Of a stretch of DNA of 64,000 bases, positions 11,878 through 24,606 are shown piece by piece (position 1 is the stretch's first letter; every line of letters starts with the position of its first letter). Both the position numbers and the translations under genes were made by a program. The DNA comes from Macrostomum lignano. Its lineage: Eukaryota. The notes below the pieces were generated by a model, which was not told the DNA's origin, ran no database searches, and saw only the letters and a list, made by a program, of their open reading frames with translations. The stretch is taken from positions 214,434 through 278,433 of the forward strand of contig NIVC01001035.1 in the NCBI GenBank assembly GCA_002269645.1, given 5' to 3'.

Positions 11878-13405
11878 ATGTGCGTGAGGCTCAAGACCGG
11901 ATTCACCGATTTCAAGCCGCAAAGAATTCGCAATGCGATTCGAGCCACAGTTCCCGGAGGCGCCGTCAGCTTCAACAGGATCGGCTTCCACCACTTCGCC
12001 ATCTTCCTGGGCTGGGCCCGGCCCAAAGGCGACGACTCGGAGCCGATCCCACTGCTGTGCCACCTCTCCGGGGACGCCACCAGTCATCCGACATCGGTTC
12101 GACTGGAAGACTTCAGAGACATCGTGCAGAATAGCATCATCCGAGTCTATAGGTGCTACTGCAGCGCTAGCAGGAGATCCCAGGTGATACTGGAGTGCCT
12201 CTATCGAGTTGGCACCATCGGATTCAACCCCGTCACTAACAACTGCGAGCACTTCGTTCGGCAGGTGATTTGCGGTGAGAAAGTCAGCCACCAGACCAAT
12301 CTGACGCTGGCTGTGCCGCTGCTCCGCCTGCCCCGGCTCATCGTCGGCAGCTCGATGGTGGGCGCGGCGGCGTTGTCGGAGTCGTTCAGCTGCGCCGGGA
12401 AATTAGAGGACAGCAGGTAAATGTGCTCACCCCCTGTTTATGAATAGAGTCCTCGACATTTTACTGCCACGAATTGACTGCCGACGCTAACCCTATCCTA
12501 AATCCTAATCCAAAGCCAAACCTAAACCCTAGTCTAAACCCTAACCTAAACCCTAGCCTAAACCTTAACCTAAGCCTTAACCGAAACCCTAACCTAAAGC
12601 CTAATCTAAACCATAACCTAAGCCTCAACCTAAACCCTAACCTAAACCCTAACCTAAGCCTCAACCTAAACCCTAAGCTAAACTCTAACCTAAGCCTCGA
12701 CATAAACCCTAAACTAAAGTCTAATCTAAAACTTAACCTAAGCCTTAACCTAAATCCTAACCTAAAGCCTAATCTAAGCCATAACCTTATAGCCCTAACC
12801 TAAACCCTAACCTAAACCTTAACCCTATATCGTCGGCAGTCAAACGCCAGGCTCCCGATTGTAAAAAAACTGGGAACTAATTCCATGCATAATGTTAAAT
12901 AGCATGAGCCTTTAATGTGAGTGCATCTTTCAAGCAATAAAATATTTTGGTCATAGTATCGAAATTGAAGCCAGTTAAAAATTACAGGTAAAGTCAAAAC
13001 CTAATAAGCAATCATTAAAATGGTTTCCATTCCAGATCTCTGGGTGTGCTCAATCCCGACATGGATTTGATTGAGATCACCCTGTCAAATCGAGGTCTGA
13101 ATTTGACCAGCATCAAGCTAAACGCCAGCTGCACAAGAGATTTCGAAGGCTGCAGCCGCTTTTGCAAGCAGACTCTGTACAGTTGCAACACCTGCGCAGG
13201 TGCTGCAGTTTGCAAGACGTGCCAGAAGTTCTGTCACAAGGACTGCCAGCTCACAGCGGGCAAGGTGCAGGACGGTCAGTGCCACTGCACCCACAGCAAG
13301 AGAAAAGAGGCGACTCAGTTGCACCCAAAAATGATTTCAGAAATCAAGTCTCAAAGAGAAATTGAAATGGTCTTGAATGATTCATTCAGAATTACAGTTG
13401 GCTAA
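11878..13405 (+). CDS. LRAT + UBR-box-like protein, copy 3 (302 aa)
   Basis: Exons 11878-12416 and 13036-13405 (AG|GTAAAT...ttccag|A), 909 nt in frame. HHFAIFLG, CHLSG, NNCEHF; exon 2 CTRDF..QTLYSCNTC..VCKTC..CHKDC..QCHC. Confidence 0.85.
12474..12843. mobile_element. Element with 13-bp inverted repeats enclosing degenerate telomere-like (CCCTAA-like) repeats
   Basis: TTGACTGCCGACG (12474-12486) and CGTCGGCAGTCAA (12831-12843) are perfect inverted repeats around about 340 nt of aaccct/aacct/aagcct units; lies in the intron of copy 3. No clear TSD seen. Confidence 0.65.
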
Positions 13406-15046
13406 TGTTTTTAGGCAGCAACGTTTTTTACAAGCAATTGGCTGTTACAGTATTGGTTGGTGCTTTCGCAGTTTTTGTCGAGAAGAGAGATTAAATATTT
13501 AATATGCTTTGGTCAGTGAGCGTGAAAGCACCGTCAAGAGCTACTTAAATATAGCTCTTATAGATTTTTTGTGTTCCACATGGACTGCTTTCTCTGTATT
13601 GATTCTCCATTGCTTCGTTCATAGTTATATATAATTACATTTGAATAGAAATCGAAAATAAACCCTATTATTCAGTAGATTCATATCAGACAAGTTGAGA
13701 CTTTCACGCGTTCTAAACAATGGAAAGATAGTGCTGCACAGCTTGAGGGTGCAATAATGCCTCTCAGGACTAGACCACGAGTGCCTATGGATAAAGTTGT
13801 CCACTAGTGGTCTAAGCATTATTGCACTCTCAAGACGTGCATCTGTCACATTGCGACTGGCAACATAGCCAAGTGAGGAGAAGACGTCAAATTTACCATA
13901 GACAAAGATCTAGCAAGTACTTTTATTTAAAGTACTTTAACGTCTATGGTGAAAACCATGATTAACTGCATTCACTTGTTGTCTATACTAGCCTATCACC
14001 AATGAAGACAACCAAAGTAATTTGAAATTTGATTTGATTGGACGATTAAGAGACTGGAGCGCAGAGCGATTTGATTGGTCACTTGGGCAGAGAGTATGAT
14101 GTACCGGTACATTGATTACGCGTGACGAGGAACAGTTGAATTGACAATCAGATAAGATTTTCATTTTTAGTATATGGATAATAGGCGAGTCTATACTCAT
14201 AAATGTTTAATTAGCCGTTTTGACTCATCACTGTGTCTGGATAAAAAAGTTCTTTATAATGTCTACAATAGTATATGTTGATACTACACTATTAATATAA
14301 TAACACCGGTAAAGTAATCTTAAAAAGTCAACAATAAACAAATAAGTAAATTAGTATTGTTTAATAATATTACTACTAACCATAGCAATAAACTGACTAC
14401 AGTGACTAGTATATAATTAAAATCAATTCTGATGCGACTGATTGGTTATCATTCCTTTATTTCATTTCCTGTAGTCCTGTGTAGCCCAATACTAAACAAA
14501 ATTTATTTTTTGAATCCGATGTTTTTGAGTACAGTATATTTAACAACCATATTAACACTGTTAAGTGTAATTAACAACAAATATTTTGGATAGAATGTAT
14601 AAAAATTATGTATCTAGTTACATATTAGCAATGCATCACATGTAGCCAACGCAATTTCATAGTCAAATAGGTTTTAATTGAATAGCAGGTCTTGACGTCT
14701 TCATGCGATTCTGCGTCGAAGTTTCTTCTCCTTCTTCTCGATATTTTTAGCGGCATGAGCCCGTGCGGCCTGTGGTGAATATAAACACTGCTTGCCAAGC
14801 CCTGTGTCCAGCGCAGTACGTGTTCGAGCAAAGAACAACTAGATCAAAACGATATGCCAGTCTGCAAATGCTTGACAAAGCTTGTAACCTCGATTCTCTA
14901 GCCAAAAAAATGTAGATAAATATGACTCAGGCAACATTGCAAAATGGAGCTGTAATTACTTAAAGCTGGAAGAAAGCTCGATTCTGTGGCAGATTTGATT
15001 AAAAATTGAATTTTTTGGTATAATAAGACCGGCCGGATTCGAACCA

Positions 15047-16400
15047 ATGTGCGTTGGATTTCTAAACGGCTACAAAGACTTCAAGCCGAAGCTGCTCAAC
15101 GAGGCGATCGCCGCCGCAGTTCCCGGGTTCGCGGTCAGCTTCGACAGGATCGGCTTCTTTCACTTCGCCGTCTTCCTGGGCTGGGCCTGGCCCAAGGGCG
15201 GCGACTCGGAGCCCATCCCGCTGCTGTGCCACCTCTCCGGAGACGCCAGCACGAAGCCGATGGCGTCTGTTCGACTTGACGACTTCAGAGACATCGTCCA
15301 GAGCTGCACCATCCGAGTGTACAACTGCAAATTCAGCGCGAAAAAGAGATCCCAGGTGATACTGGAGTGTCTCTATCGAGTTGGCAAGATCGGTTACAAC
15401 CCGCTGACCAACAACTGCGAGCACTTCGTCCGGGGAGTGATCTGCGGCGAGCGCGTCAGCTACCAGACCCGCTGGATTCTGGCTGCCCCGATAGTGCAAG
15501 TGCCGCGCATCGTCGTCAGCACTGCGTTTCTGGGGGCCGCCACCTCCGCTGCTTCGTCCAGCTGCATATCGAAACTCGAGACTAAAAGGTGAGGGATCAA
15601 GGTTCTTTTACAGAATCACTACTAAATTTTTACTCTTCAATGGATTGCCTTTTATCAACCTCAAAATTGAAACTGAACTTCACAAAGTTCGAAATTTTAC
15701 ATCGTCAACTTTTTTCAAGTTGTGAACTAGCGGAAGTGGCTGGAGTAGTGATTTCGAGATTGCGAAAGATTCTGCTTTTATGAGACGATGTGCAATCCAC
15801 AAAAGTCATGGAGTTCAAATCATGGGGACCAAATAATGTTAGCTAAAGTATGCAGCTCTATCTTGGACTTGATGACATTTGGATTCCAAACCCAAGTAGG
15901 TCACATGTTCGGAAGTGAAAAGATCTCTGAATATTTGAGTGTATTCGCCAGCTGTTATAATGTGCTTGTTAAGTGCGAGTTAGATCAGTACGTTTACATG
16001 AAAACCATTGCTATTCCGCACGAATATCTCATCAAGAAAGCAACTTGCAATCTTCATCAGGTCCCTAGGTCTTCTAAATCCAGAGATGGACCTGGTTGAA
16101 ATCCTCGTATCAAACAAGGGCCTGAATTTGAAAGGCATCAGACTGAATGCCAGCTGCACAAAGGATTTTGATGGCTCCAATCGATTTCCGATGCAGACGC
16201 TTTACAACTGTGAGTTCTGCAACGGCAGCAACTCAATCGCTGTGTGCAAGCCCTGCTCGAAACTCTGCCATCCAACTTGTGGATCGCTAGAAGGCTCCGT
16301 GACCGAAGGTTCATGTCGTTGCAGCCACCTGTCCATCTCAAAAGCGGCAACACAAACGACTCAACAGACTTTGAAGAGTTCAGGCACTTACACCCCATAA
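15047..16400 (+). CDS. LRAT + UBR-box-like protein, copy 4 (293 aa)
   Basis: Exons 15047-15588 and 16061-16400 (AG|GTGAGG...catcag|G), 882 nt in frame. HFAVFLG, CHLSG, NNCEHF; exon 2 CTKDF..QTLYNCEFC..VCKPC..CHPTC..SCRC. Confidence 0.85.
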
Positions 16401-17717
16401 TATGCATGGGGACTGTAGTTTTAGCCAACAACAGTTCATTTGTTTGAGGTCAACTTAAGAGCAGAAGTGTGCAATTGTAAAGAGAAACATTCAATAAGAC
16501 CCGTTGCGTTTTATGCGTGTGAATGCATCTTTATAAATTAATTCTGTTATTATTTTAGCATATACTATAGTAATACGATTCTCAATCTGTTTTATAGTGT
16601 AATTATTGTACAAAAGTTTCTTGTAAGCGTTTTTCAGCGTCGAAAAAATGAACTAGGAGTACAATCTCTCTCTTAGTGTTGCCACGCGACTTGTACACTC
16701 TACATTATGTAGCTTTGTAACGCTTTTCAATATAAAAGCGCAAAAATATAAAGTACAAGCCTTACAATTTTAACATTACTTAAAAGTCACATTGCAAGTA
16801 ACGAAAATCACTTTTTGCGCGAATCAAGTGCAATGGGTGTTACAATATTGGGCCATACATGTGTGTATCAGTCAAGTTGAAACTGCAGTCTTATTCATGG
16901 CTCAACGGCTCCGTCGCTTTATTTCTTTTGCCGAAAAAAGTTTAAACAATCTTTTGATATTTTGGAATCTTAGGCGACTATGGATCTGCCCGGCATACGA
17001 AACGATCTTTTTGCAGTGGTTCTTGCAAGGCGAAACTATAGGGCCAGGGAATGTATTGTACAATTAAATTATCATATTTCTATATACAAGTACTTAAACT
17101 GATTCAGAGCGAACAACAAGCTACTCTTAGTAGTAGCAGTAGTAGCATTTTGAGCGCACATGCAATGCAAGCGAGCAAAGTACAATGCTCGACTAAACTA
17201 CTAAAAACGGGGCCAGATAAGGAGTACTCTCTTCCAGCTAAGCAGGACACGAACCATCAAGACAGGTCTTGACGTAGAAAAAGTTGTTTTAGGAAGGTCT
17301 CCGGGATTCGTTCTCAATGAGAACTGAACAGTTGAGTTCCGATCAGAAGAATCTGCGTTTTATGTCAATTCTGATTGGCTGAGCCGATTTGTTAAAACAC
17401 ACGTATAACTTTTCGATTGGCTGAAAGCCAGCATGAAAATACAAGCTCATACATGTAATATATTATTGAGATAAAAGGGAGAGTGTAATGGGATAATCCG
17501 CGAAAAAAGGAATAAAACAAATATATTTTAGAGGAAAAGATTTAAAGCATGTAAAATTGATTCTATTCGAAATAAATCTGGTTTCTGTCGTTATTTTTAC
17601 TGATTGTTGCGTAACTAAGTGCATCTATACTATCGGCAACGTATTTCATTGAACTGATATTTAATCATTATCTTCCACAAACCGTTAAATATATAGTTGT
17701 CTTTCAGATTAAAATAC

Positions 17718-18726
17718 CTAACGTTTCTTCCTCCTCTTGAAACGGCGAATCTCCAATTCACACAAAGCGTCAATAGAAGGATCATTGAATAGACCAAGAG
17801 CAGCAGCAGGCAGCTCAGGCTCATCGATCAGTTCAGCCGGTTCTTCGCTCTCCTGCCGGCCGTGACTGCATCGACACACGTCCGAAATGACGTAACTCAC
17901 ACAGTTGGTTAGGGAGCCCCCGTGGCACCCTTCCCTACAGGGCCTGCAGACTACTTGATTCGAACTGCTGTGGTAAAGTTCCTGCACAAAGCGAGCGTCC
18001 TTGCACGCAAAAAAGTCAGCAGTACATTTGGCGTATTTCTGAACAGTTGCACTGAGCCCGTTATTGTCAACCATGATCTCCAGCAGGTCCATCAGAGGAT
18101 CGAACAGGCCGTACGAACTTCGATTTGAAAATATGTTTTTAAGTGTCCAGAAGGATAACATTAGGAAAATTTATTTTAATTTTGACTCACCCATTCGTTA
18201 AGCTAATTTTGCAGCACTTCATTGCAAGGGCCGACGAAGATGAGCTCCAGAAGACAGTACCGAGAGGGAGTCTTGGAATCTGTAGTACAGCAAGGCGAGC
18301 TTGGTAGCTCTTCTTTTCTCCTTTTCCATTGATAACCTCGCGAACAAAATGTTCGCAGTTATTCTTCATTAGATTGTAGTTGGTCTCTCCGACTCGTTTT
18401 AGGCAGTCCAGCACTACTCGAGCTCGCTTCTCGGCGCTACACTTGCAGTGGAAAACTCGAATGGGAGAAAGTCCGACAACGTCGCGGAAGTCATCGATTC
18501 GAACGGAAACTCTTGCATTCGAAGCAACTTCGCCCGAGAAGTGACACAGGAGAGGCACCGGGTCCGATTGCCCACCTCTGGGGAAGGCCCAACCTAGGAA
18601 GATGGCGAAGTGGCCAAGAGCGACTCGATTAAAGCTGATGGCGGAGCCTGGGACCATGGCTTTCAGAGCGTCATCGGCCCGCGATGCTGAAAAATCGTCG
18701 TAGCCATTTGTAAAACCGACACACAT
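17718..18726 (-). CDS. LRAT + degenerate UBR-box-like protein, copy 5 (311 aa)
   Basis: Exons 18726-18191 and 18117-17718 (GG|GTGAGT...atcgaag|T), 73-nt intron, 936 nt in frame. HFAIFLG, CHFSG, NNCEHF; the zinc finger lacks the YxCxxC pair. Confidence 0.85.
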
Positions 18727-19255
18727 TTTTCTAAACTTTTGTGTGAAATACACTTGATGGCGTGAAAACAAACAGCCTTACTACACTAATACAATAGAGA
18801 TATAATAGAGAGAAATATGGAACCAAAGACTTGAAGGTATTTCCATGGAATTTCCTTTAGTTTTATCTTCTATATCTTTCAAAAACATCAGACTCGCCTT
18901 TCACCACCGTACAATGGTATAGAAAGGTATTTTACTTTTAAAGCCACAGGTAGCATAAAAGCGTACTCGCTGTACAAAAGGACGCAAACAAATTCGCAAG
19001 TGCGTCCAAGGTCTTTCACGCGTCACTTTAGTTCTGTACAATCTGCGTATGACCAACTCAGCATGTAGGTTGTTGCGCTTCAGTCGAATTTCAGTCGAAA
19101 AAGCAAGTAGATTGCAGATTGGCTTGCACAAACAATGAACTTGGCGTAGTGCTCTAGAAAAAAAACTGCAGCAGAGCGTACTAGATAGTTTATCAGCCAA
19201 CAAACTGTCTCGGCTGTCCAAAAAGGATCTTGTTTACCACATTTCACCTCAAGTC

Positions 19256-20238
19256 ATGTGTGTCGGCTTTACAAACGGCTACTCGGACTTTGCGTCGGAC
19301 AGAGTCGAAGAAGCGATCGTTGCCGCCGTGCCCGGGTCCGCGGTCAGCTTCAACAGGATCGGCTTCTTTCACTTCGCCGTTTTCCTAGGCTGGGCCTGGC
19401 CCAAGGGCGACGACTCGGAGCCCATTCCGCTGCTGTGCCACCTATCCGGAGACGCCAGCACAAAGCCGATGGCGTCTGTTCGACTTGACGACTTCAGAGA
19501 CATCGTCCAGAGCTGCACCATCCGGGTGTACAACTGCAAATGCAGCGCGAGCAAGAGATCTCAGGTGATCCTCAATTGCCTCTATCTAGTTGGCAAGGCT
19601 GGCTACAATCCGCTGACCAACAACTGCGAGCACTTTGTGAGAGAAGTGATTTGCGGTCAGAGCACCAGCTATCAGGCCGTTTGGACTCTTGCAGCTCCGT
19701 TAGTTCAGCTGCCGCGAATTCTTCTGGGTAGCGCTGTAGTCGGGGCCGCCACTTCGTCTGCTTCATCGAACTGCGCATCCAAATTTGAGGAGAATCGGTA
19801 AATGTTTAGAAATTCTTTACTTTTTCTGCATCCTGATGCATGGTTATTCATTGCCTGCTTTCCCATTTCAGATCACTGGGACTTCTTAATCCGGAAAGAG
19901 ATCTAATAGAGATTATATTGTCAAAAAAGCATGGTTTACATTTACAAGGCGTCAAGTTGAATTCTGTCTGCACAAGGGAATTCGGAGGCTTAAGCACCTT
20001 TCCAATGCAGTTTCTCTACACTTGCAGAAGCTGCAGCGGCAGTGAAAAGATGGCGGTGTGCCGGCCATGTCAGAAGCTTTGCCATGCAAAATGCATTTTT
20101 CGAACTGGAATTGTGTCTGAGAATGTGTGCCGGTGCTCTCACGCCATGAAATCAGAGGCAGTGCAGCTGCCTCTGCAACTGGATCTTCAAGAAGAATCTA
20201 CTTCATCAGTCGAAGGCAACGAGGGTGGATCTTGTTAG
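19256..20238 (+). CDS. LRAT + UBR-box-like protein, copy 6 (302 aa)
   Basis: Exons 19256-19797 and 19872-20238 (CG|GTAAAT...tttcag|A), 74-nt intron, 909 nt in frame. NNCEHF; exon 2 CTREF..QFLYTCRSC..VCRPC..CHAKC..VCRC. Confidence 0.85.
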
Positions 20239-21299
20239 CCCTTTATTTTACAAAAGCACATATGGTTTTAAGCATTTTTCTACATTGGACTACATTATGT
20301 TTCCTTAATGTTTCTGTTTATCAGTGAGAAAGATTCTGGGCCCGTTCTATGAAGCCATCGTAAGATAAGATCGTTCTTAGCTCCTACATGTATCTCCGCA
20401 GTGAAAAAGTTCCGACTTACGATCGAACCTACGCTACGACAGCTTTATAGTACGACCCCATTATTCTTAAGCTATGAATCTTTTTAACTGATATTTTAGT
20501 AACAATCCCAGGCTTCATAATGCTTTCAGTTTTCTGTACAGCTTTTATTATTGTTAAAGACAATTAAGACGTTTTCGATGGTTTTGAAGCAAATCTTTTT
20601 AACTAACCACTTACACGTGCTTTTTACGGCACTTTCTGGGTGTATGTGACAGAGTAAACTACACAGCCACAAGTCTACTGAGATGGTAAAGAAATTGAGT
20701 TGCGGTCCAAAATTATACTGCCACTAGTAGATTGTAGTGTTGCAAAATTAATCGACCAATTCAAAGCCCCAAGTATACTAGTACGAGTAGTTTGTTTTCG
20801 TGTTGTGCACGCAGCTATTCGAAAAAGAAATGCGAAAAGCTTATTTAACTTTAGTATGCAAAAGCGAGTATTAATAAAACTAACCCGCTGTCCATTAAAG
20901 TTCTGAAATGAGAATTAGTAATTAAGGTAGCAATACTACAGAGTAACTATACGAGTCGTAGACATAACTCATATTATAATACGCTCGTATTGCGTTGTCC
21001 ATGCAGTCGTCCTCGCAAGTTTGAGGACTTCTCATATGCGCACGCAAGTACGGAGTTACAGGGAAGATAAAGAGGGGAGCTTTTTAACTGTGTGGCAGTC
21101 AGGTTACATTCTGCATTCAATGTAAGTTTTTGCTTCCAATGCTTCTAAGAATAAGGAACTTCATTCTTCTATTGTTTCTGGCGTTATGTAGCTACTCGTA
21201 CCAGTAAGTAGAATATTACGTATATCGTGACGGGTATCGTGCTAGCAAGCATCTAGGAGCGTAATGCAGAGCCCGTATTTCTGATCACCACCGACAAAG

Positions 21300-22890
21300 A
21301 AGACAAGAGAGACTGATGGCTACTCCAACCAGAGGGATTTTCTAGCTTCCATCGACTGCAGCGCATCTTTGCTTGGGTGTTGAGTTTCATTCAAAACTGT
21401 CAGAAGGAAAAGTATCAGCAAAGCAGCGGTGGTGGATGACCTCGAGGAGGTGAAGGAGCGTTTAGTAAGGTTTTTAGCTCAGGAAGAAGCGTTCAAGGCG
21501 GATGCAGTGACTGAGAAGAAGCTGCGGTGCTTGCAGTCGCTACGTGATGCGGCAGGAGTTCTACGAGTGGATGGCCGGTTGAAATTCAGGCCACTGGCGC
21601 CATTTGCAGCAAGACATCTGGCTATATTGCCGCGAAAGAATTGGATCACCAAGCTGATTATTTCACAATATCACGAGCAGCAGAGCCACGGTGGGATAAA
21701 CCAAACGCTGGCGGCGTTTTCAGCCAATTATCTGTGCTCGGGAAGCTATTCGCGAGTGGGAGGTCGAATGTGCTGTGTGCAAGAGAGAGAAAGCTCGTCC
21801 CGTCGCGCAACAGATGGCTCCATTGCCTGATGTCCGCGTCGAAGGCTCCTTAAAAGCCTTCACAAACGTAGCCATCGACATGGGAGGGCCGTTCGTCACT
21901 ATTCAAGGCCGATTCAAGAAGAGGCAAAAATTCTATTTGGCGCTGTTCACATGCCTCGAGACACGAGCGGTACACCTCGAAATGACCTATTGCCTTGACG
22001 CGGACTCATTTTTGAATGACTTCTACCGAAATGTGAACCGGCGTGGCTTACCCAAGGCTATGTATTCTGACAACGGCGACAACTTTGCCACAGGTGCAGA
22101 TGAGCTCCGACTTCTGGAGGAGCTGGACAGGACCAATGTCAGTCGCGAGACATCCAGGCAGCGAGGCAGCGAGTCAAGTGGAACTTTTAGCCGCCAGCTG
22201 CCCCACACTTTGGTGGAGCGCACGAGGTGATGATTATGGGTGACGCCGATGTCACCGATGAGGAGCTTCAGTCGGCGAGCACCGGAGCGGAGGCGCTGAT
22301 CAACTGGCGCCCCATCACCTACCAATCGACGAATTCGAGAGACGAGGAGCCACTATTGCCAAATCATTTCCTGCACGGTCAGGCTGATGGAAAATTTGCG
22401 CCAGATGTGTCCGACGATGTCGCGGCTGATCCGAGGCGGTAGTGGCGGCGCGTTCAAGAACTCGTGAGGCACGTCTGGCGACGCTGGATGCACGAGTGGT
22501 GGCCAGGGTTGCAACCGAGGGTCAAGTGGGCGGCGGTCGCTTTCATAAGACCAAAATTTCGCAACGCCAAAAACAACTGCATGGTCTTTCACAAGACCGA
22601 AACCTCATAAGACCGAAATTTCACATCGTAAAAAACTTAATGCAACAAGGACCATGCAGAATTTTCCGCGTTGTGAAATTTCGGTCTTATGAAGCCCCCC
22701 CCCCGTGGCGAGATGTGCAGCCAGGTGGTGTCGTCCTCGTCATCAAAGCAGACTCGCCGCGGGGACACTGCCCGTTGGGACGAGTAGTCGAGGTCTACCC
22801 GGGTCCAGACAACCGAGCTCGGGTGGCCAGGGTCAGGTCGGGGGAACGGTATTCGTTCGATCTGTGAGCAAGCTGTGTTACCTCGAGTGA
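21300..22890 (+). mobile_element. Decayed BEL/Pao LTR-retrotransposon integrase region
   Basis: GVLRVDGRL, YHEQQSHGG..C..C, IDMGGPF, ALFTCLETRAVHLE, RRGLP..YSDNG, and C-terminal GHCPLGRVVEVYPG, broken by frameshifts and stops. No LTR identified. Confidence 0.9.
22539..22695. mobile_element. MITE-like element nested in the BEL/Pao fragment
   Basis: About 28-bp imperfect terminal inverted repeats (gctttcataagaccaaaatttcgcaacgc / gcgttgtgaaatttcggtcttatgaagc) interrupting the integrase C-terminal reading between PRVKW and WRDVQPG. Confidence 0.7.
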
Positions 22891-23189
22891 GATGCGTTGA
22901 TTATTGTTTAAGACTGTTAATTTTCTTTTCTGGACTTTTCTGATTTGGTTGAGTTTTCATTTTTGTGTTGTATCGTGTACCTCCAGAATGTGTTTTTGGC
23001 CAGTTTTGGGCTTTTTAAGCCGGGTTGTTTGTTTGATTATTGGTTTGTTTCTTTGTTTTTTGGTTTCTGGTTACCGATTTTGAAACTGGTTCTAAGTTTT
23101 TTTTTCATTTTGAACGCAGTTGGTGCATTTTTTCTAATCTTCCCGCTGCGATTGTGATGTCATCTTTTAAAAACCAGGACTTGCCTGGG

Positions 23190-23665
23190 CGGCCTTCGGT
23201 TCGATTCGGGCCGTCGTCCAGTCCGAAGCGCTGCCCGACCACCAGAGGGCTCGGCTGTAGCAGGCTGTAGTCGAAACCGTCCTGCTCTACAACGCCGAGA
23301 CGTGGACGCTGACGGCTACGCTGGAGCGGCAGCTGGCCTCGGCGTACTCAGGGCTGCTCCGTGCGGCCTTTCGAGCTGACGAGAGCGTCGGGACCGAGGC
23401 CCTGTACGATCGGGCCAAGCTGCAGCGCCCGTCCACTATCCTGTGCCGGGGGCGACTACAATTGGCGGGCCACGTGATCTGGGCCGAGGGCTTCTGCCCC
23501 CAACTAGTTCAGGACGTCCTGCTGCTCACTTTGCAGGGCCCGTTCAGGCGGGGTCAGGAGCGAACCCGTCGATACGTGGACTGCCTGCTGTGCGACGCTG
23601 GGGCGCCCGACACTGCCAACGGAGCGGACTTCGTTCGCTCCCAGGCTCTGCGGCGCGCCATCTGA
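23190..23665 (+). mobile_element. 5'-truncated RTE-like LINE, RT C-terminal remnant
   Basis: Translates as AVVETVLLYNAETWTLT..LERQL..AYSGLLRAAF..LYD..RLQLAGHV, typical of the region after the RT domain; contains an in-frame stop. Confidence 0.75.
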
Positions 23666-24606
23666 CGCGCCCTGTTCTTTGACTTTACATTTTGTTGTTG
23701 TTTTTAAGACCAATAATTTCATGCGCAGGTGCGAGGGCGAAGTGTGTCTTCTTTTTTGCAATGTAATTTTTTCTGCTCCTAGCTAGAGTTCAGGCCCCTC
23801 TGCAGCGGTTTTTTCAAATTTTCTGTTGAAGTTATGCTTGAGGTTTTCTTACGTAAGTCTACTCTTTCGACTTAATTTACAATTGCGAGTTTAAGATAAT
23901 TTTTTTCAAATGTTTCTATATTTTTTGTAATGCTCAGCATTCGAACTTTTGTTTCAGTTTTCTATCTTTTTGTGACGGTACCCTTTGTTAGATGCACTTT
24001 CCTACAGTATATTGACAAGCCCAACCCCCAGCTCTGAGTTTTGTAAATCCGCTGTACCCATCCCCATTTTACACATAAGTGCTAGGTAAGGGCGCAAAGT
24101 TGCGGTCTCTCGCTCCAGAAGAGAAGAGTTCGTGTGTGTGTTTTGCTTAGCTAATTCTGTCATTGGCCTGTAGCCGTAAAGACGATCTCTTATTATTGTG
24201 AAGACTCATTTTTTGTATGACTGGAGAAGAGCGTCAAATCACGGCCTCCCAATCCTGTCAGAGGAATCCCCAGAAAGTGACAGGTGCGGCCATTAATCAT
24301 CCGATTTCTATACAATTGATTTATGAGCCTAGCTCAGCATGACAAGTCCAGATTCAATATATAAATATACATTATATCGGGGATAAATAGGAGAGTGAAT
24401 AGGATAATCCGCGAAATAAATATGATTAAGAGAAATATACCGGTGTATTTAGGAGGTAAAGATGCAAGGCGTGTAACATTGATTTTATTTGCAATAAATC
24501 TGGTTGGATCTGTAAATATCTGTGGATTGTTGTGTAACTAAGTGCATCTAAACTATTGGCAACGCATTTTGTACGACTGATATTTAATCATGATCTTCCA
24601 CAACTG

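Noticed and set aside
12461-12803. NPNL-/RLRL-repeat ORFs, or a true telomere
   Set aside because: Translations of a degenerate hexamer tract that is intronic and bounded by inverted repeats.
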